Shown here: positions 1 through 7,742 of the stretch, one piece after another | Layout of the letters: every line of letters starts with the position of its first letter | How positions within the stretch are numbered: position 1 is the first letter of the stretch | IMG/VR virus record: IMGVR_UViG_3300046045_000004 | DNA: 20,450 nt | Source: a virus | Direction: 5' to 3' (one strand) | Made by a program: the position numbers and the translations under genes | Notes under the pieces: model-generated | What the model was told of the DNA's origin: nothing | Databases searched by the model: none | What the model saw: the letters and a program-made list of their open reading frames with translations, nothing else

Positions 1-127
1 TCGGCGTGTACGTGAACGCGACGACCTCTAGGTCGTGGTCGTAGCAATACTCGATGATCGAGTCGCCCGCGGCCGCGGTCCAATCTTGAATTACGGTGCC
101 CGCGAGCGAGCGGCCGCCGAGCTTGCG
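1..127. repeat. Terminal direct repeat, copy 1 (identical to 20324-20450)
   Basis: Base-by-base comparison of tcggcgtgtacgtgaacgcg...ccgccgagcttgcg shows both ends are identical over 127 nt. Confidence 0.95.
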
Positions 128-292
128 ACCGACCGCGATCTGCTCGCCGCAGAGCGTCTCTACCGCGTCGCCGTCGTCGTCGTAGCTGCTATTTATGCGG
201 GCGTTAGTTACCTGGCACGAGAAATCCATTTCGGTAGGCGTCGCGCCGAGCGAGAGCACGCCATCCTTTAGCCGAGCTTCGGTAATAGCCAT
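1..292 (-). CDS. Putative major tail (tube) protein, N-terminal part. The gene crosses the circular junction and continues at 20148-20323.
   Basis: The ATG at 292-290 lies 4 nt after the upstream stop. Manual translation gives MAITEARLKDGVLSLGATPTEMDFSCQVTNARINSSYDDDGDAVETLCGEQIAVGRKLGGRSLAGTVIQDW... The frame continues exactly into the window-end copy, for 155 aa in total. The ORF track misses it because it runs off the window. The function is inferred from size and position and from its resemblance, by recollection only, to major tail proteins. Confidence 0.55.
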   Translation of the reverse strand, partial: MAITEARLKDGVLSLGATPTEMDFSCQVTNARINSSYDDDGDAVETLCGEQIAVGRKLGGRSLAGTVIQDWTAAAGDSIIEYCYDHDLEVVAFTYTP

Positions 293-296
293 CGGG

Positions 297-632
297 TTAA
301 ACCCCCTCGTCGTATTCGATTCGGTACGCGGGCAGCGCGGGCGCGTCGACCGCGAGCACGTACGCCGCGAGCGTCATACGCGCGACGGGCAGCACGTCGG
401 CGACGGCATCGGCGAGCACGTCGAGCGCCTTATGCGCGTCGGCGTTAGGTGCGCCGGGCGCGAGCGCCCATAGCCGCCAGCTCGCGGTATATCCGCACGC
501 GAGGTCGTAGGTTCGATCGGGCGGCACGACGAGCACGCACGGCGGCGTCGCGCTGCGCGGATCGGCCGTCGCGGTGATACCCGCGGCGGTTAGTTTTTCG
601 ACGAGCACGAGCGCGGCGTCGTAGCTGCTCAC
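297..632 (-). CDS. Head-tail joining or tail-terminator-like protein (111 aa)
   Basis: This is the C-terminal part of track ORF 297..809. The GTG at 632-630 overlaps the upstream stop (GTGA). The sequence VSSYDAALVLVEKLTAAGITATADPRSATPPCVLVVPP... looks like small neck or terminator proteins. The Arg-rich N-terminal extension of the track ORF overlaps the adaptor gene and was discarded. Confidence 0.6.
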   Translation of the reverse strand: MSSYDAALVLVEKLTAAGITATADPRSATPPCVLVVPPDRTYDLACGYTASWRLWALAPGAPNADAHKALDVLADAVADVLPVARMTLAAYVLAVDAPALPAYRIEYDEGV

Positions 633-973
633 GCGATCGCGCTCGGTTGGTATTCGCCTAGCTGCAATAGCGAGCGGAATTCGGGATCGAGGCGCGGCAG
701 TAGCGAAACGCCGAGATCGGCGAACGCGGCGACGCCTTGCACGCTGCCGCGCCGACCGTAGAGGCGTGCCGCCTCGACGAGCGCCGCCTGCTCGGCGCGC
801 GCGGGCCACGACGTAAGCGGCTCGCCCGTCGCCGGGTCGAGCACGAGGTCGGGTCGAAATACGCCTACGAGGTCGTTAGCGGCCGCGACCGCCGAGCCCA
901 TCGCCTCGGCGTCGACCGTGCTAGCCGGGTCGATGCCTAGATACGTGCGCAGAGTCTCGACGGTCGCGGGCAT
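629..973 (-). CDS. Head-tail adaptor (phage gp6-like connector family)
   Basis: Track ORF of 114 aa. An ATG follows the RBS AAGGGGGAGAG. The sequence MPATVETLRTYLGID...AEQAALVEAARLY is typical of gp6-like adaptors. It lies immediately after the capsid gene. Confidence 0.75.
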   Translation of the reverse strand: MPATVETLRTYLGIDPASTVDAEAMGSAVAAANDLVGVFRPDLVLDPATGEPLTSWPARAEQAALVEAARLYGRRGSVQGVAAFADLGVSLLPRLDPEFRSLLQLGEYQPSAIA

Positions 974-985
974 TCGCTCTCCCCC

Positions 986-2233
986 TTACTTGCCAGCCGA
1001 CGCGCTACGCGACGCGCTCGCGCCACCCGTCGCGCTCACGCTGCACTCGGCGAGAGCTTGCGGCTCGGGCACGGTCGGCAGCGCGCGAATCTCGGCGAGC
1101 AGCAGCAGCACGTTTTTTACGAAATTGTCGGCGTGCGAATCCGTGAGATACACGGCGGTCGTGCCACGCGAGAACACGGTTACGCCTTGCGAGAAATCGC
1201 CGACGTACGCCGTGCCCGCGAGTACGTCACTCGACGGCACGACGCGTAGGCCCCATACCTGCCGCGTCTGCACGGGCCCGAGCAGCGTCGAGCCCATAAT
1301 GCCGAGGTCGATATCGGCGGCGTCGTTCGGGTTGAGTACGACGGCGTTCGGCGTGTAGCCGTTGCTCTCGACCGTCGCGAGCCCGACGCGGATCGCTTGT
1401 AGCAGCGTGCCGCCCGCGGGCACGGTCGCCGCGGGGATCGCGGCCGCGGCGAGCGCGCCCGCGATACCGCCCTCGACCGTACGCATTAGCCCTTGACGCA
1501 ATCGGCCCTCGACGATCGCCCGAATTTGCGGGATATCTTCCAGCGCCTGCCGCGTAATTTCTTTCCAGTGTGCGTACGTCGAGAGCGTGTCGCTCGTCGG
1601 CGTCGCGGTCATGTTCGCCTCGGGTTTCGCGGTGCCCTCGGCGACCTCGCCCGCCGCGGCTTGCGGATTCGGCGTCCATTGCACCCACGAAACCGCGTTA
1701 CCGCTCACCGCGAGCGAGCCGCAGACATCCATTAGCGGCGACGGAAAGCGCGGCACGGGCGGCGTGTAGATATACGGCACCGCGATCCCGTCGCCCGTCG
1801 TGATCGGCGCACGCGTCTCGATGCCGACCGCCTCGCGGCGCTCGATGATCCCGTCGCCGGGCAGCTCGACGCGCGCCGACGACCCGGCGCCGACGTAGTT
1901 ACGAAACGCGTCGCTCTCGACGAATTGCTCGCCCCACCCGAGCGGGGCGGGCGTGCGAGTCTGCACGCGCGCGGGCGTGCGCACGGGCGCGTCGTCGTCG
2001 CCGATCGCGAGCGAGTCGCGCAGACGGGCGTACGCCCGCTGGCTCTCCGCTTGCGCGTTGTATTCGGTTAGCTGCGCGTCGATCTCGGCGCACCGTGTCT
2101 GCCACGCGGTGAGCGATGCGCGCTCGGTTTCGGTTAGGTCGCGCTCGTCGGTCGCCGCGTGTTCGGTTAGGTCGGTCGCGGATTGCGTGAGCGAGTCGCG
2201 CTCGTCGGTCAACCGCCGCAAGTAAGTAAGCAT
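986..2233 (-). CDS. Major capsid protein, HK97 fold, with an N-terminal coiled-coil delta/scaffold-like region
   Basis: Track ORF of 415 aa. An ATG follows the RBS GAGAGGTG. The N-terminus is charged and helical (LTDERDSLTQSATDLTEH...), followed by an HK97-like body (YAHWKEITRQALEDIP...AVVLNPNDAADIDL...). It lies downstream of the prohead protease. Confidence 0.9.
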   Translation of the reverse strand: MLTYLRRLTDERDSLTQSATDLTEHAATDERDLTETERASLTAWQTRCAEIDAQLTEYNAQAESQRAYARLRDSLAIGDDDAPVRTPARVQTRTPAPLGWGEQFVESDAFRNYVGAGSSARVELPGDGIIERREAVGIETRAPITTGDGIAVPYIYTPPVPRFPSPLMDVCGSLAVSGNAVSWVQWTPNPQAAAGEVAEGTAKPEANMTATPTSDTLSTYAHWKEITRQALEDIPQIRAIVEGRLRQGLMRTVEGGIAGALAAAAIPAATVPAGGTLLQAIRVGLATVESNGYTPNAVVLNPNDAADIDLGIMGSTLLGPVQTRQVWGLRVVPSSDVLAGTAYVGDFSQGVTVFSRGTTAVYLTDSHADNFVKNVLLLLAEIRALPTVPEPQALAECSVSATGGASASRSASAGK

Positions 2234-2291
2234 CCGATAGCACCTCTCGTGAGCGACGCACGACGCGTGTCGGGCGTCGAGACGGTTTCGC

Positions 2292-2340
2292 TACGGGTGC
2301 CTACGGGTGAGCCGCCGCGGGTGGCGGGCCAGTACGGGTG
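2292..2340. repeat. Cluster of three TACGGGTG octamers plus one CGCGGGTGGCG 11-mer in the protease-capsid intergenic gap
   Basis: TACGGGTG occurs at 2292-2299, 2302-2309 and 2333-2340. CGCGGGTGGCG occurs at 2316-2326. The gap of about 148 nt (2234-2381) is one of the few long non-coding stretches. Confidence 0.7.
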
Positions 2341-2381
2341 CCGTGCCGCGGGCTCGGGCCGGGCGGGCCGAGCAGATTCGA

Positions 2382-2933
2382 TTACCGACGACGATACGCC
2401 AGCGGCGGTATCGGGTCGAGGTTTACGTCGGGCCGAGCGCGGAACGGGGCGAGCAGGTCGTCGAGGCTCTGCGCGTTACGCACCGCGAGCAGCCCGGCGC
2501 CCTCGTAGGCGGGCACGGCTACGAGCGAAACCTCGACGAGCTTCGCCTCGGTCACCTCGCGCACGCCGTCGTCGGCTCGCCGGGCGTCGAGCCCGAGCCA
2601 GCCCGCCGACATAGCGCCGAGGTACCCGTCGCGGCAATCCTCTAGCAAGCGGTCGCCCTCGTCGCCGTGGTTCACGACGAATTCGCCGACGAGCCCCTCG
2701 GCGCCGTCGTCGAATCGGCGCGAGACGCCGAGCCGTAGCGATTGGTCGTGGCGGCGCAGTAGCGGTATACGCGTCTCGCGGTGCGCGATCGAGCGGGCGA
2801 ACGCGCCGCGGCGAATCCGCTCGCCGTTCGGATCGGGCGTCAGATACGAAACCTCGTCGTAGGGTGACACGACGCCGACGACGACGCGCTGCGCCGTGTT
2901 CACCTCGCGCAATTCCATCTCTAGCGATTGCAC
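2382..2933 (-). CDS. Prohead maturation protease, HK97 family (S78-like)
   Basis: Track ORF of 183 aa. A GTG follows the RBS AAGGGGAGG. The sequence GVVSPYDEVSYL...RRHD...GAMSAGW...VSLVAVPAYEGA is typical of HK97 prohead proteases. It lies between portal and capsid. Confidence 0.85.
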   Translation of the reverse strand: MQSLEMELREVNTAQRVVVGVVSPYDEVSYLTPDPNGERIRRGAFARSIAHRETRIPLLRRHDQSLRLGVSRRFDDGAEGLVGEFVVNHGDEGDRLLEDCRDGYLGAMSAGWLGLDARRADDGVREVTEAKLVEVSLVAVPAYEGAGLLAVRNAQSLDDLLAPFRARPDVNLDPIPPLAYRRR

Positions 2934-2935
2934 GG

Positions 2936-3175
2936 CTATCGCCTCCCCTTATGGTGCCGCGTCGTGATATCCGGGTACCGCCGATTAACGGCGCGCTCGA
3001 CCGTGCGATACGAGCCCGAGGTCGAGCGTTTCGCCGAGAGCGAGAGCGCAGCTCGTGCGCGCTTGCGCGTATCTATCGGGTACGCGTTACGACCTCGGCC
3101 GCCGACGCGTGACCGTTTCCCGTACACGACCGCCGACGCGGGCAGCGCGGCGCGGCGACTCGCCGAGATCGTCAC
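2936..3175 (-). CDS. Small basic protein between portal and protease (79 aa), function unknown
   Basis: Track ORF. The GTG overlaps the portal stop (GTGA). The segment AYPIDTRKRARAALSLSAKR...RAVNRRYPDI looks like a conserved head-module mini-domain. That resemblance is from recollection only. Confidence 0.55.
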   Translation of the reverse strand: MTISASRRAALPASAVVYGKRSRVGGRGRNAYPIDTRKRARAALSLSAKRSTSGSYRTVERAVNRRYPDITTRHHKGRR

Positions 3176-4425
3176 GGGCCGAAAGGCGCGCGGTCCTCTA
3201 GCGCGCGCACCTCGTCGACGGTCATAAACCCCGCGTCGATCGCGATTTTGTAGCTCTCATATCGCGATTTCGTATCGGCGCGCAGTAGCGCGTCGGTCGC
3301 AATCTTTACCGACGTGCCGCGCGGTAGCTCGGCGTCTAACGTCGACTCGATACGCCGCTGCCACGGCAGCAGGGTAAACGTGCGTAGTTCGATCATGCGC
3401 GACTCGACGTTCGCGTACGTCGAGCTATCGCCGGGCACGCCGAGCATGTAGGGCGGCACGCCGAACGCGATCGCGATATCGCGTAGCGACCATTCGCGCG
3501 CGGTCGATAGCTGCGCGTCGACGGGCGAGATAGCGACGGGCGTAAAATCCGTCGTTGCGTTTAGCACCGCGATCGAGCGCCGCGAGCCGCCGTGCTGCTC
3601 TAGCCATTTCGCCTTTAGCGCCGCGGCGTCGGTATCGGAGAGGTGCGGCTGGCTCGATTTCAGATAGCCCGCGGGTACGCCCGTCGTGAATACGCCCGAC
3701 GCGTAGCTGCGCACGGTCGCGGCGAGTCCCAGCTCGAGCCCGTGGGAGTCGATCACCCCGCGGCCGTGCCCGTTGAAATAGGGCGGCATTCCGCGTAGGT
3801 GCAATACCGAGCCGGGCGGTAGCGGTATCTCGTCGATCCAATACGTGCCCGCGTCGATCGTGACGGCGTGCGGGTGCAATTGCCAGAGCGGCGGTTTCGG
3901 CGCGCCCGCGCTGTCGCGCACGGGCGCGTATATGTAACCGTCGCCGAGCCATAGCGCGGCGACGATCCATTGCGCCCAAAACTCGACGGCCGATAGCCGC
4001 GCGTCGATCACGTCGCCCGCGCCGCCGACGACGCGGCCGTCGAGGCGCGTAGCTTGCGGGTCGGTAATCCAATCGGGCGCGGGTAGCTGCTCGTAGTCGC
4101 CGCGGATTACGTGCCACGGTAGGCCCGCGATCGTGTCGGCGACGATCGACGTGCAGCGCGTCACCGCGGGCAGCGTCGCGAGCCCGCGCGGGTCGCCGTC
4201 GATCGACGCGACGAGCGGGTTACCGTACGGGCCGCCCGTGCCGTCGCCGCCCGCGGGCCCTAGCCACCATAATTGCGGCGCGTCTATCTCCCACCCGTCC
4301 GGGTCGTTTAGCAGTACGTCGCGGCCATCGGTCGCGGTGTGAACGTGTACCGCGGGGCCCTCACGGGGCGAGCGGATCGGATCGCCGAGCGGCGACGCCG
4401 CACGCCGCGAGAGCGATAGCCGCAC
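3172..4425 (-). CDS. Portal protein (HK97-type)
   Basis: Track ORF of 417 aa, directly downstream of terL. The regions AVEFWAQWIVAALWLGDGYIY..., SIAVLNATTDFTPV and FGVPPYMLGV are characteristic of portal proteins. Confidence 0.9.
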   Translation of the reverse strand: MRLSLSRRAASPLGDPIRSPREGPAVHVHTATDGRDVLLNDPDGWEIDAPQLWWLGPAGGDGTGGPYGNPLVASIDGDPRGLATLPAVTRCTSIVADTIAGLPWHVIRGDYEQLPAPDWITDPQATRLDGRVVGGAGDVIDARLSAVEFWAQWIVAALWLGDGYIYAPVRDSAGAPKPPLWQLHPHAVTIDAGTYWIDEIPLPPGSVLHLRGMPPYFNGHGRGVIDSHGLELGLAATVRSYASGVFTTGVPAGYLKSSQPHLSDTDAAALKAKWLEQHGGSRRSIAVLNATTDFTPVAISPVDAQLSTAREWSLRDIAIAFGVPPYMLGVPGDSSTYANVESRMIELRTFTLLPWQRRIESTLDAELPRGTSVKIATDALLRADTKSRYESYKIAIDAGFMTVDEVRALEDRAPFGP

Positions 4426-4446
4426 TAGCCGAGGGTCGGCACGCGG

Positions 4447-5877
4447 TCACCATATACGCGACGGCTCGACCTCGGCGGGTACCCGAGCCGATACCCACCG
4501 GGCGAGCGACGCGGCGACGAGCGCGCTACCGCCGTCGAGCCGTGACCAAACCCACGCCTGCCCGATAGGGCGCCGAGCCGCCGACGCCGCCGCCGTATCG
4601 AGCACGAGGTGCGGGCGATGCGCGCCCGTGCCGTCGAGCACGGCGTCGTAAAACGCGGCGCACGCTATCTGTAGGTCGCGCGTCGACGAGACGACGAGAC
4701 GGTCGTACACGGGGCGTAGCTGCTCGGCGACCGTGCCCGCGGGCCCCGCGGCGTCGATCGCGATCGCGGTCGGCGACCATTGCGCCGCTAGCTCTACGAG
4801 CCGTGTCGCGACGTGCGCCGCGGGCACGAGGTCGACGACCTCGACGACGCCGCCCGAGCACGCGACGATCGGCGACTCGCTCCGATCGGGCGGGATATCC
4901 GCGGCGAACGTGATCGGGCCGGGCGGCAGCGGATCGAGGTACGCCGACGCGGCCCACGCGTCGACGGGCAGCACGCGCACGTCGGCATCGGTACGCCATC
5001 GGTTCCCGTACTCATGCGCGAATTGCCACGCGGGCATATGGTCCGCGGCAACCGCGAGCGCGTCGTAAATCGGGCCGCCGTCGAGCCCCGCGGACGGGTG
5101 CGCCCGCCATACCTCGCGCAGCAGCTCGCCGTCGTCGACCTCGGCACGTATCCCGTAATCGACGAGAGCGACGCGCGCGTGCGGATCGTCGAGCGCCGCG
5201 CGCGCGACCTCGACCTGCCGAGCGAGAAACCTGCTCTCGGGCCCGCCCGCCGTGCTCGGTATCCATATCTGCCCGTCGCGCGTCGCTTGCGTCGGCAGCG
5301 CCGCCGCGATTAACCCGTCGCCGTGCCGCGCATCGAAAAACCGCGCCTCGTCGAGCACGACGAGATCGGTAACGCTGCCGTGTAACGAATCCTCGGCGGG
5401 CGCGAAAACCCGTAGCTGCGCACCGTTCGCGAATTCGATTTCCTCGGCGCCCGCCGCGCCCCTCACGCGGTAATCCCAGCCGCCCGAATCCCACCCGCGG
5501 TGCGTATTCCCCTCGACGAGCGGCGACCGCCGCAGTAGCCGCACTAGCTCGCGCCAGCGTAGAACCGCGTCCATACGGCTCTGCGCCGTATACCACACTT
5601 GCGCGCCCTCGATCGCGAGGCAGCGGTCGATCGCCACGAGCTGCACGAGCCGCGTTTTACCGCTCTGCCTCGGCACGATCACGACGACTATCGGGTAGCG
5701 CCATCGCCCAGCGCGTCGCGAGTACCCGAGGCGCGCCGCGCGCGCTTGCCAGGGCCATAACGAGACGCCGAGCGCCTCGCTCGTGCGCAATAACGACCAC
5801 CCGCGCCCGATGTTCGGCGATGCGCGGGAGATAGCGCGCGGCTTAGGTGCGCGTTGGCGCGGTGCGGCCGTTACCAC
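4447..5877 (-). CDS. terL: Terminase large subunit
   Basis: Track ORF of 476 aa. Walker A is VPRQSGKT, Walker B is LVVLDEA, and there is a C-terminal nuclease-like half. The GTG start overlaps the HNH ORF end by 7 nt. Confidence 0.9.
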   Translation of the reverse strand: MVTAAPRQRAPKPRAISRASPNIGRGWSLLRTSEALGVSLWPWQARAARLGYSRRAGRWRYPIVVVIVPRQSGKTRLVQLVAIDRCLAIEGAQVWYTAQSRMDAVLRWRELVRLLRRSPLVEGNTHRGWDSGGWDYRVRGAAGAEEIEFANGAQLRVFAPAEDSLHGSVTDLVVLDEARFFDARHGDGLIAAALPTQATRDGQIWIPSTAGGPESRFLARQVEVARAALDDPHARVALVDYGIRAEVDDGELLREVWRAHPSAGLDGGPIYDALAVAADHMPAWQFAHEYGNRWRTDADVRVLPVDAWAASAYLDPLPPGPITFAADIPPDRSESPIVACSGGVVEVVDLVPAAHVATRLVELAAQWSPTAIAIDAAGPAGTVAEQLRPVYDRLVVSSTRDLQIACAAFYDAVLDGTGAHRPHLVLDTAAASAARRPIGQAWVWSRLDGGSALVAASLARWVSARVPAEVEPSRIW

Positions 5878-6212
5878 TCGCGATCGCTCGACCGTCTAGA
5901 GAAAATGGACAGAGTCACGGGGTGTTCCGGGGGCGCACCCATCGGAGAAACGGGCCCCAATTTTTCGGGCCCCTCTTTTTGGCCCCTCTTTTTCGGGCGG
6001 GTATTCGCGGCACGGTTACACCGGGGGTGGGAGGGGCGTGCCGTGTCATCGGTACCGCCGAGCACGCGGGGCACGACGTGATCGAGGTCGAATGCCTCGC
6101 CGTATCGGATCGGTTCGCCGCAGCGCGGGCACGGTTGCGGTAGTTGCTCGGCCCACCATGCGCGGAGTCTGCGCCACGCTCGGGTACTGCCTCGGTCGGT
6201 CAGTAGAGACAC
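5871..6212 (-). CDS. HNH endonuclease (packaging-associated type)
   Basis: Track ORF of 113 aa. The motifs are CPRCGEPI...DLDHVVPRVLGG...HPRCNR. It lies directly upstream of terL, as in HK97-like cos phages. The C-terminal 45 aa or so are encoded by the T-tract repeat block and may not be a folded domain. Confidence 0.8.
   Translation of the reverse strand: MSLLTDRGSTRAWRRLRAWWAEQLPQPCPRCGEPIRYGEAFDLDHVVPRVLGGTDDTARPSHPRCNRAANTRPKKRGQKEGPEKLGPVSPMGAPPEHPVTLSIFSRRSSDREW
5952..5993. repeat. T-tract repeat block. A perfect 13-bp tandem GGCCCCTCTTTTT x2 follows the related GGGCCCCAATTTTT.
   Basis: The perfect copies are at 5968-5980 and 5981-5993, and the degenerate copy is at 5952-5965. This is the most AT-rich spot of the late region and lies between the HNH catalytic core and the terL start. 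Confidence 0.85.
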
Positions 6213-6392
6213 GGGGCGTGCGGCACGGGTCCAGTGTGCAGCGGCCGCGTGCAGCTCGCTAGGCGGGTCGTGGGCCCGCTGCGCCGTATCTGCCTCTCAG
6301 TACGTCCGACGTATCTATGCGTCGTCGTGCGCCGTGTGCTACGCATTGCGACTAATCACGAGGCGGGCGGCCTTACCGCACGGGGGTAACCG
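6213..6392. promoter_or_regulatory. Divergent intergenic region between the HNH/late operon (minus) and the plus-strand cassette
   Basis: The region is 180 nt with no credible ORF, flanked by divergent starts at 6212 and 6393. It contains TGCAGCGGCCGCGTGCA (imperfect dyad around a NotI-type palindrome, about 6236-6252). I could not pin down a convincing -35/-10 pair. Confidence 0.35.
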
Positions 6393-6704
6393 ATGGCTAG
6401 CTCTCGACTACTGGCTCGGCTCGACTACGAAAAGTGTCGGGTATGGGGCCACGCGTGGGACACGTTCACGCCGCACGGTAAGCGGCCGCCCGGATGGGGC
6501 ACGCGGTTCGCGCTCCGTTGCGAGCGGTGCGGTACGGAGCGGCACGACGTGATCGACGCGCTAGGCGACGTAAGCCAGCGGCAGTACGTGTACCCCGACG
6601 ACTACCGCCTCGCTCGTGACGAAACGCCGTCGCGGCAATCGCTACGGCTCGACGTGCTCGACGCGCTTAGGTCGTCGAGACGATCACGGAAACGGAGCGC
6701 GTAG
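6393..6704 (+). CDS. Hypothetical Cys/His-containing protein (103 aa)
   Basis: Track ORF. The ATG lies 7 nt after GGGGG. It has a possible zinc site, C15-x4-H20 (CRVWGH) plus C43-x2-C46 (CERCG). Confidence 0.65.
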   Translation: MASSRLLARLDYEKCRVWGHAWDTFTPHGKRPPGWGTRFALRCERCGTERHDVIDALGDVSQRQYVYPDDYRLARDETPSRQSLRLDVLDALRSSRRSRKRSA

Positions 6705-7291
6705 TGAGCGGCAGTAGTGCGCGGTCACGCGAGCAGGTCGCGTGTCCCGAATGCGGTAAGCGGGTCACCCGTAACAATCTCAACCGCCACCGGGCGACGC
6801 ACGGCGTAGAGGCGCCGAGCAGTAACGGCAGCGGTCGCAAGGCGGGCACGCGGTTAAGCGCGGCGAGTCGTAAGCGGTTCGCGTCGGCGCACGCTCAGTC
6901 GAAAGCGGTCGGCTCGTATCTAGAGTCGCTCGCCGAGCAGAGCGAGACGCGTCGCAACGGCGGCCGTCGTGCGCGCGGTGCGAACCTCGGGCGCCTTAAA
7001 GGTTTCCCGAATTGGAGCGACGACCCGGACACGATCGACGCGGCCGCCGACGCGATCGCGGCGAATGGCGACGAGGTAGCGAGCTACGTCGCGGCGCTCC
7101 GATTGCAGCAGCGGGCGCTCGACCTCCACGCGGTCGCCGACGAGCTACGAGGCGGCAGCGGGCCCGGCGCGATCGAGGCGGCGTTTATCGAGGTCGCGGG
7201 CGCGTGGGCCGCGGAGCACGGGATTAGCTACGCGGCGTTTCGTGCGATGGGAGTACCGGCCGCGGTACTACGAGAGGCGGGCGTCAAGTAG
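6704..7291 (+). CDS. C2H2 (Ros/MucR-like) zinc-finger protein (195 aa), putative DNA-binding regulator
   Basis: Track ORF. The GTG overlaps the upstream TAG (TAGTG). The N-terminal CPECGKRVTRNNLNRHRATH fits C-x2-C-x11-H-x3-H. The middle is basic. The C-terminal WAAEHGISYAAFRAMGVPAAVLREAGV could be a second DNA-binding element, which is speculative. Confidence 0.65.
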   Translation: MSGSSARSREQVACPECGKRVTRNNLNRHRATHGVEAPSSNGSGRKAGTRLSAASRKRFASAHAQSKAVGSYLESLAEQSETRRNGGRRARGANLGRLKGFPNWSDDPDTIDAAADAIAANGDEVASYVAALRLQQRALDLHAVADELRGGSGPGAIEAAFIEVAGAWAAEHGISYAAFRAMGVPAAVLREAGVK

Positions 7292-7521
7292 TGCGGTCGA
7301 TCGCTCCGCGTACGGCGCCGGGCGGGCTCGTGTTCATTCTCTACGACGAGCACGACGCCGAGGTCGATCGCCTCGCCGCGACGAGCCTCGCTACCGACGA
7401 GGCGGCAGCGTTTCACGAGCGAGCGGCACGGCACGCCGAGCACGTGCTCGCGTCGGGCGGTTACGTCGTCGTGTTCGATGGGGATAGCGGCGCGATCGTC
7501 GGCGCGCTCGGCGTCACGTAG
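7291..7521 (+). CDS. Hypothetical protein (76 aa)
   Basis: Track ORF. The GTG overlaps the upstream TAG (TAGTG), the same coupling pattern as its neighbours. Confidence 0.55.
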   Translation: MRSIAPRTAPGGLVFILYDEHDAEVDRLAATSLATDEAAAFHERAARHAEHVLASGGYVVVFDGDSGAIVGALGVT

Positions 7522-7742
7522 TGAGAGGTGCAGCTATGGGATATCTGTACGTGCTCGGCGAGTGTTTCTCGTGCCATCGGCTCTTTACGTTTAGCGCCGA
7601 GCGGGTGCCGTCGATCGTCGTCGACGGGCAGCGTGAGCCCGTCTGCGCCGATTGCGTCGAGCGTGCTAACCCGGAGCGGATCGCTAACGGGTTACCGCCG
7701 ATCGTTCCGCTACCGGGCGCTTACGAGCCCGACGAGGTTTAG
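7521..7742 (+). CDS. Small zinc-ribbon protein (73 aa, or 68 aa from the ATG at 7536)
   Basis: Track ORF with CFSC...CADC (two CxxC pairs). The alternative ATG at 7536 lies 7 nt after GAGAGG. The 3' end overlaps the convergent MerR-like gene. Confidence 0.65.
   Translation: MRGAAMGYLYVLGECFSCHRLFTFSAERVPSIVVDGQREPVCADCVERANPERIANGLPPIVPLPGAYEPDEV

Noticed and set aside
1-127. The 127-bp terminal repeat as a biological direct terminal repeat of the virion DNA
   Set aside because: I did not adopt this reading, though it is not excluded. The repeat falls in the middle of a structural gene, and an overlap of exactly this length is what de Bruijn assemblers leave on circular or concatemeric templates. 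The HNH-terL arrangement instead points to cos ends near 5.9-6.0 kb.
35-271. 78-aa plus-strand ORF at the window start, and the 81-aa minus-strand ORF 20161-20406 at the window end
   Set aside because: Both overlap the junction-spanning minus-strand gene, in the wrong strand or frame, and have shadow-frame composition. The real reading frame is the one that closes across the 127-bp overlap.
5952-5993. CRISPR array or other long tandem-repeat locus
   Set aside because: The only tandem repeats are 2-3 copies of 9-13 bp with no spacers (5952-5993, 14282-14299, 2292-2309). Nothing has CRISPR repeat-spacer periodicity.
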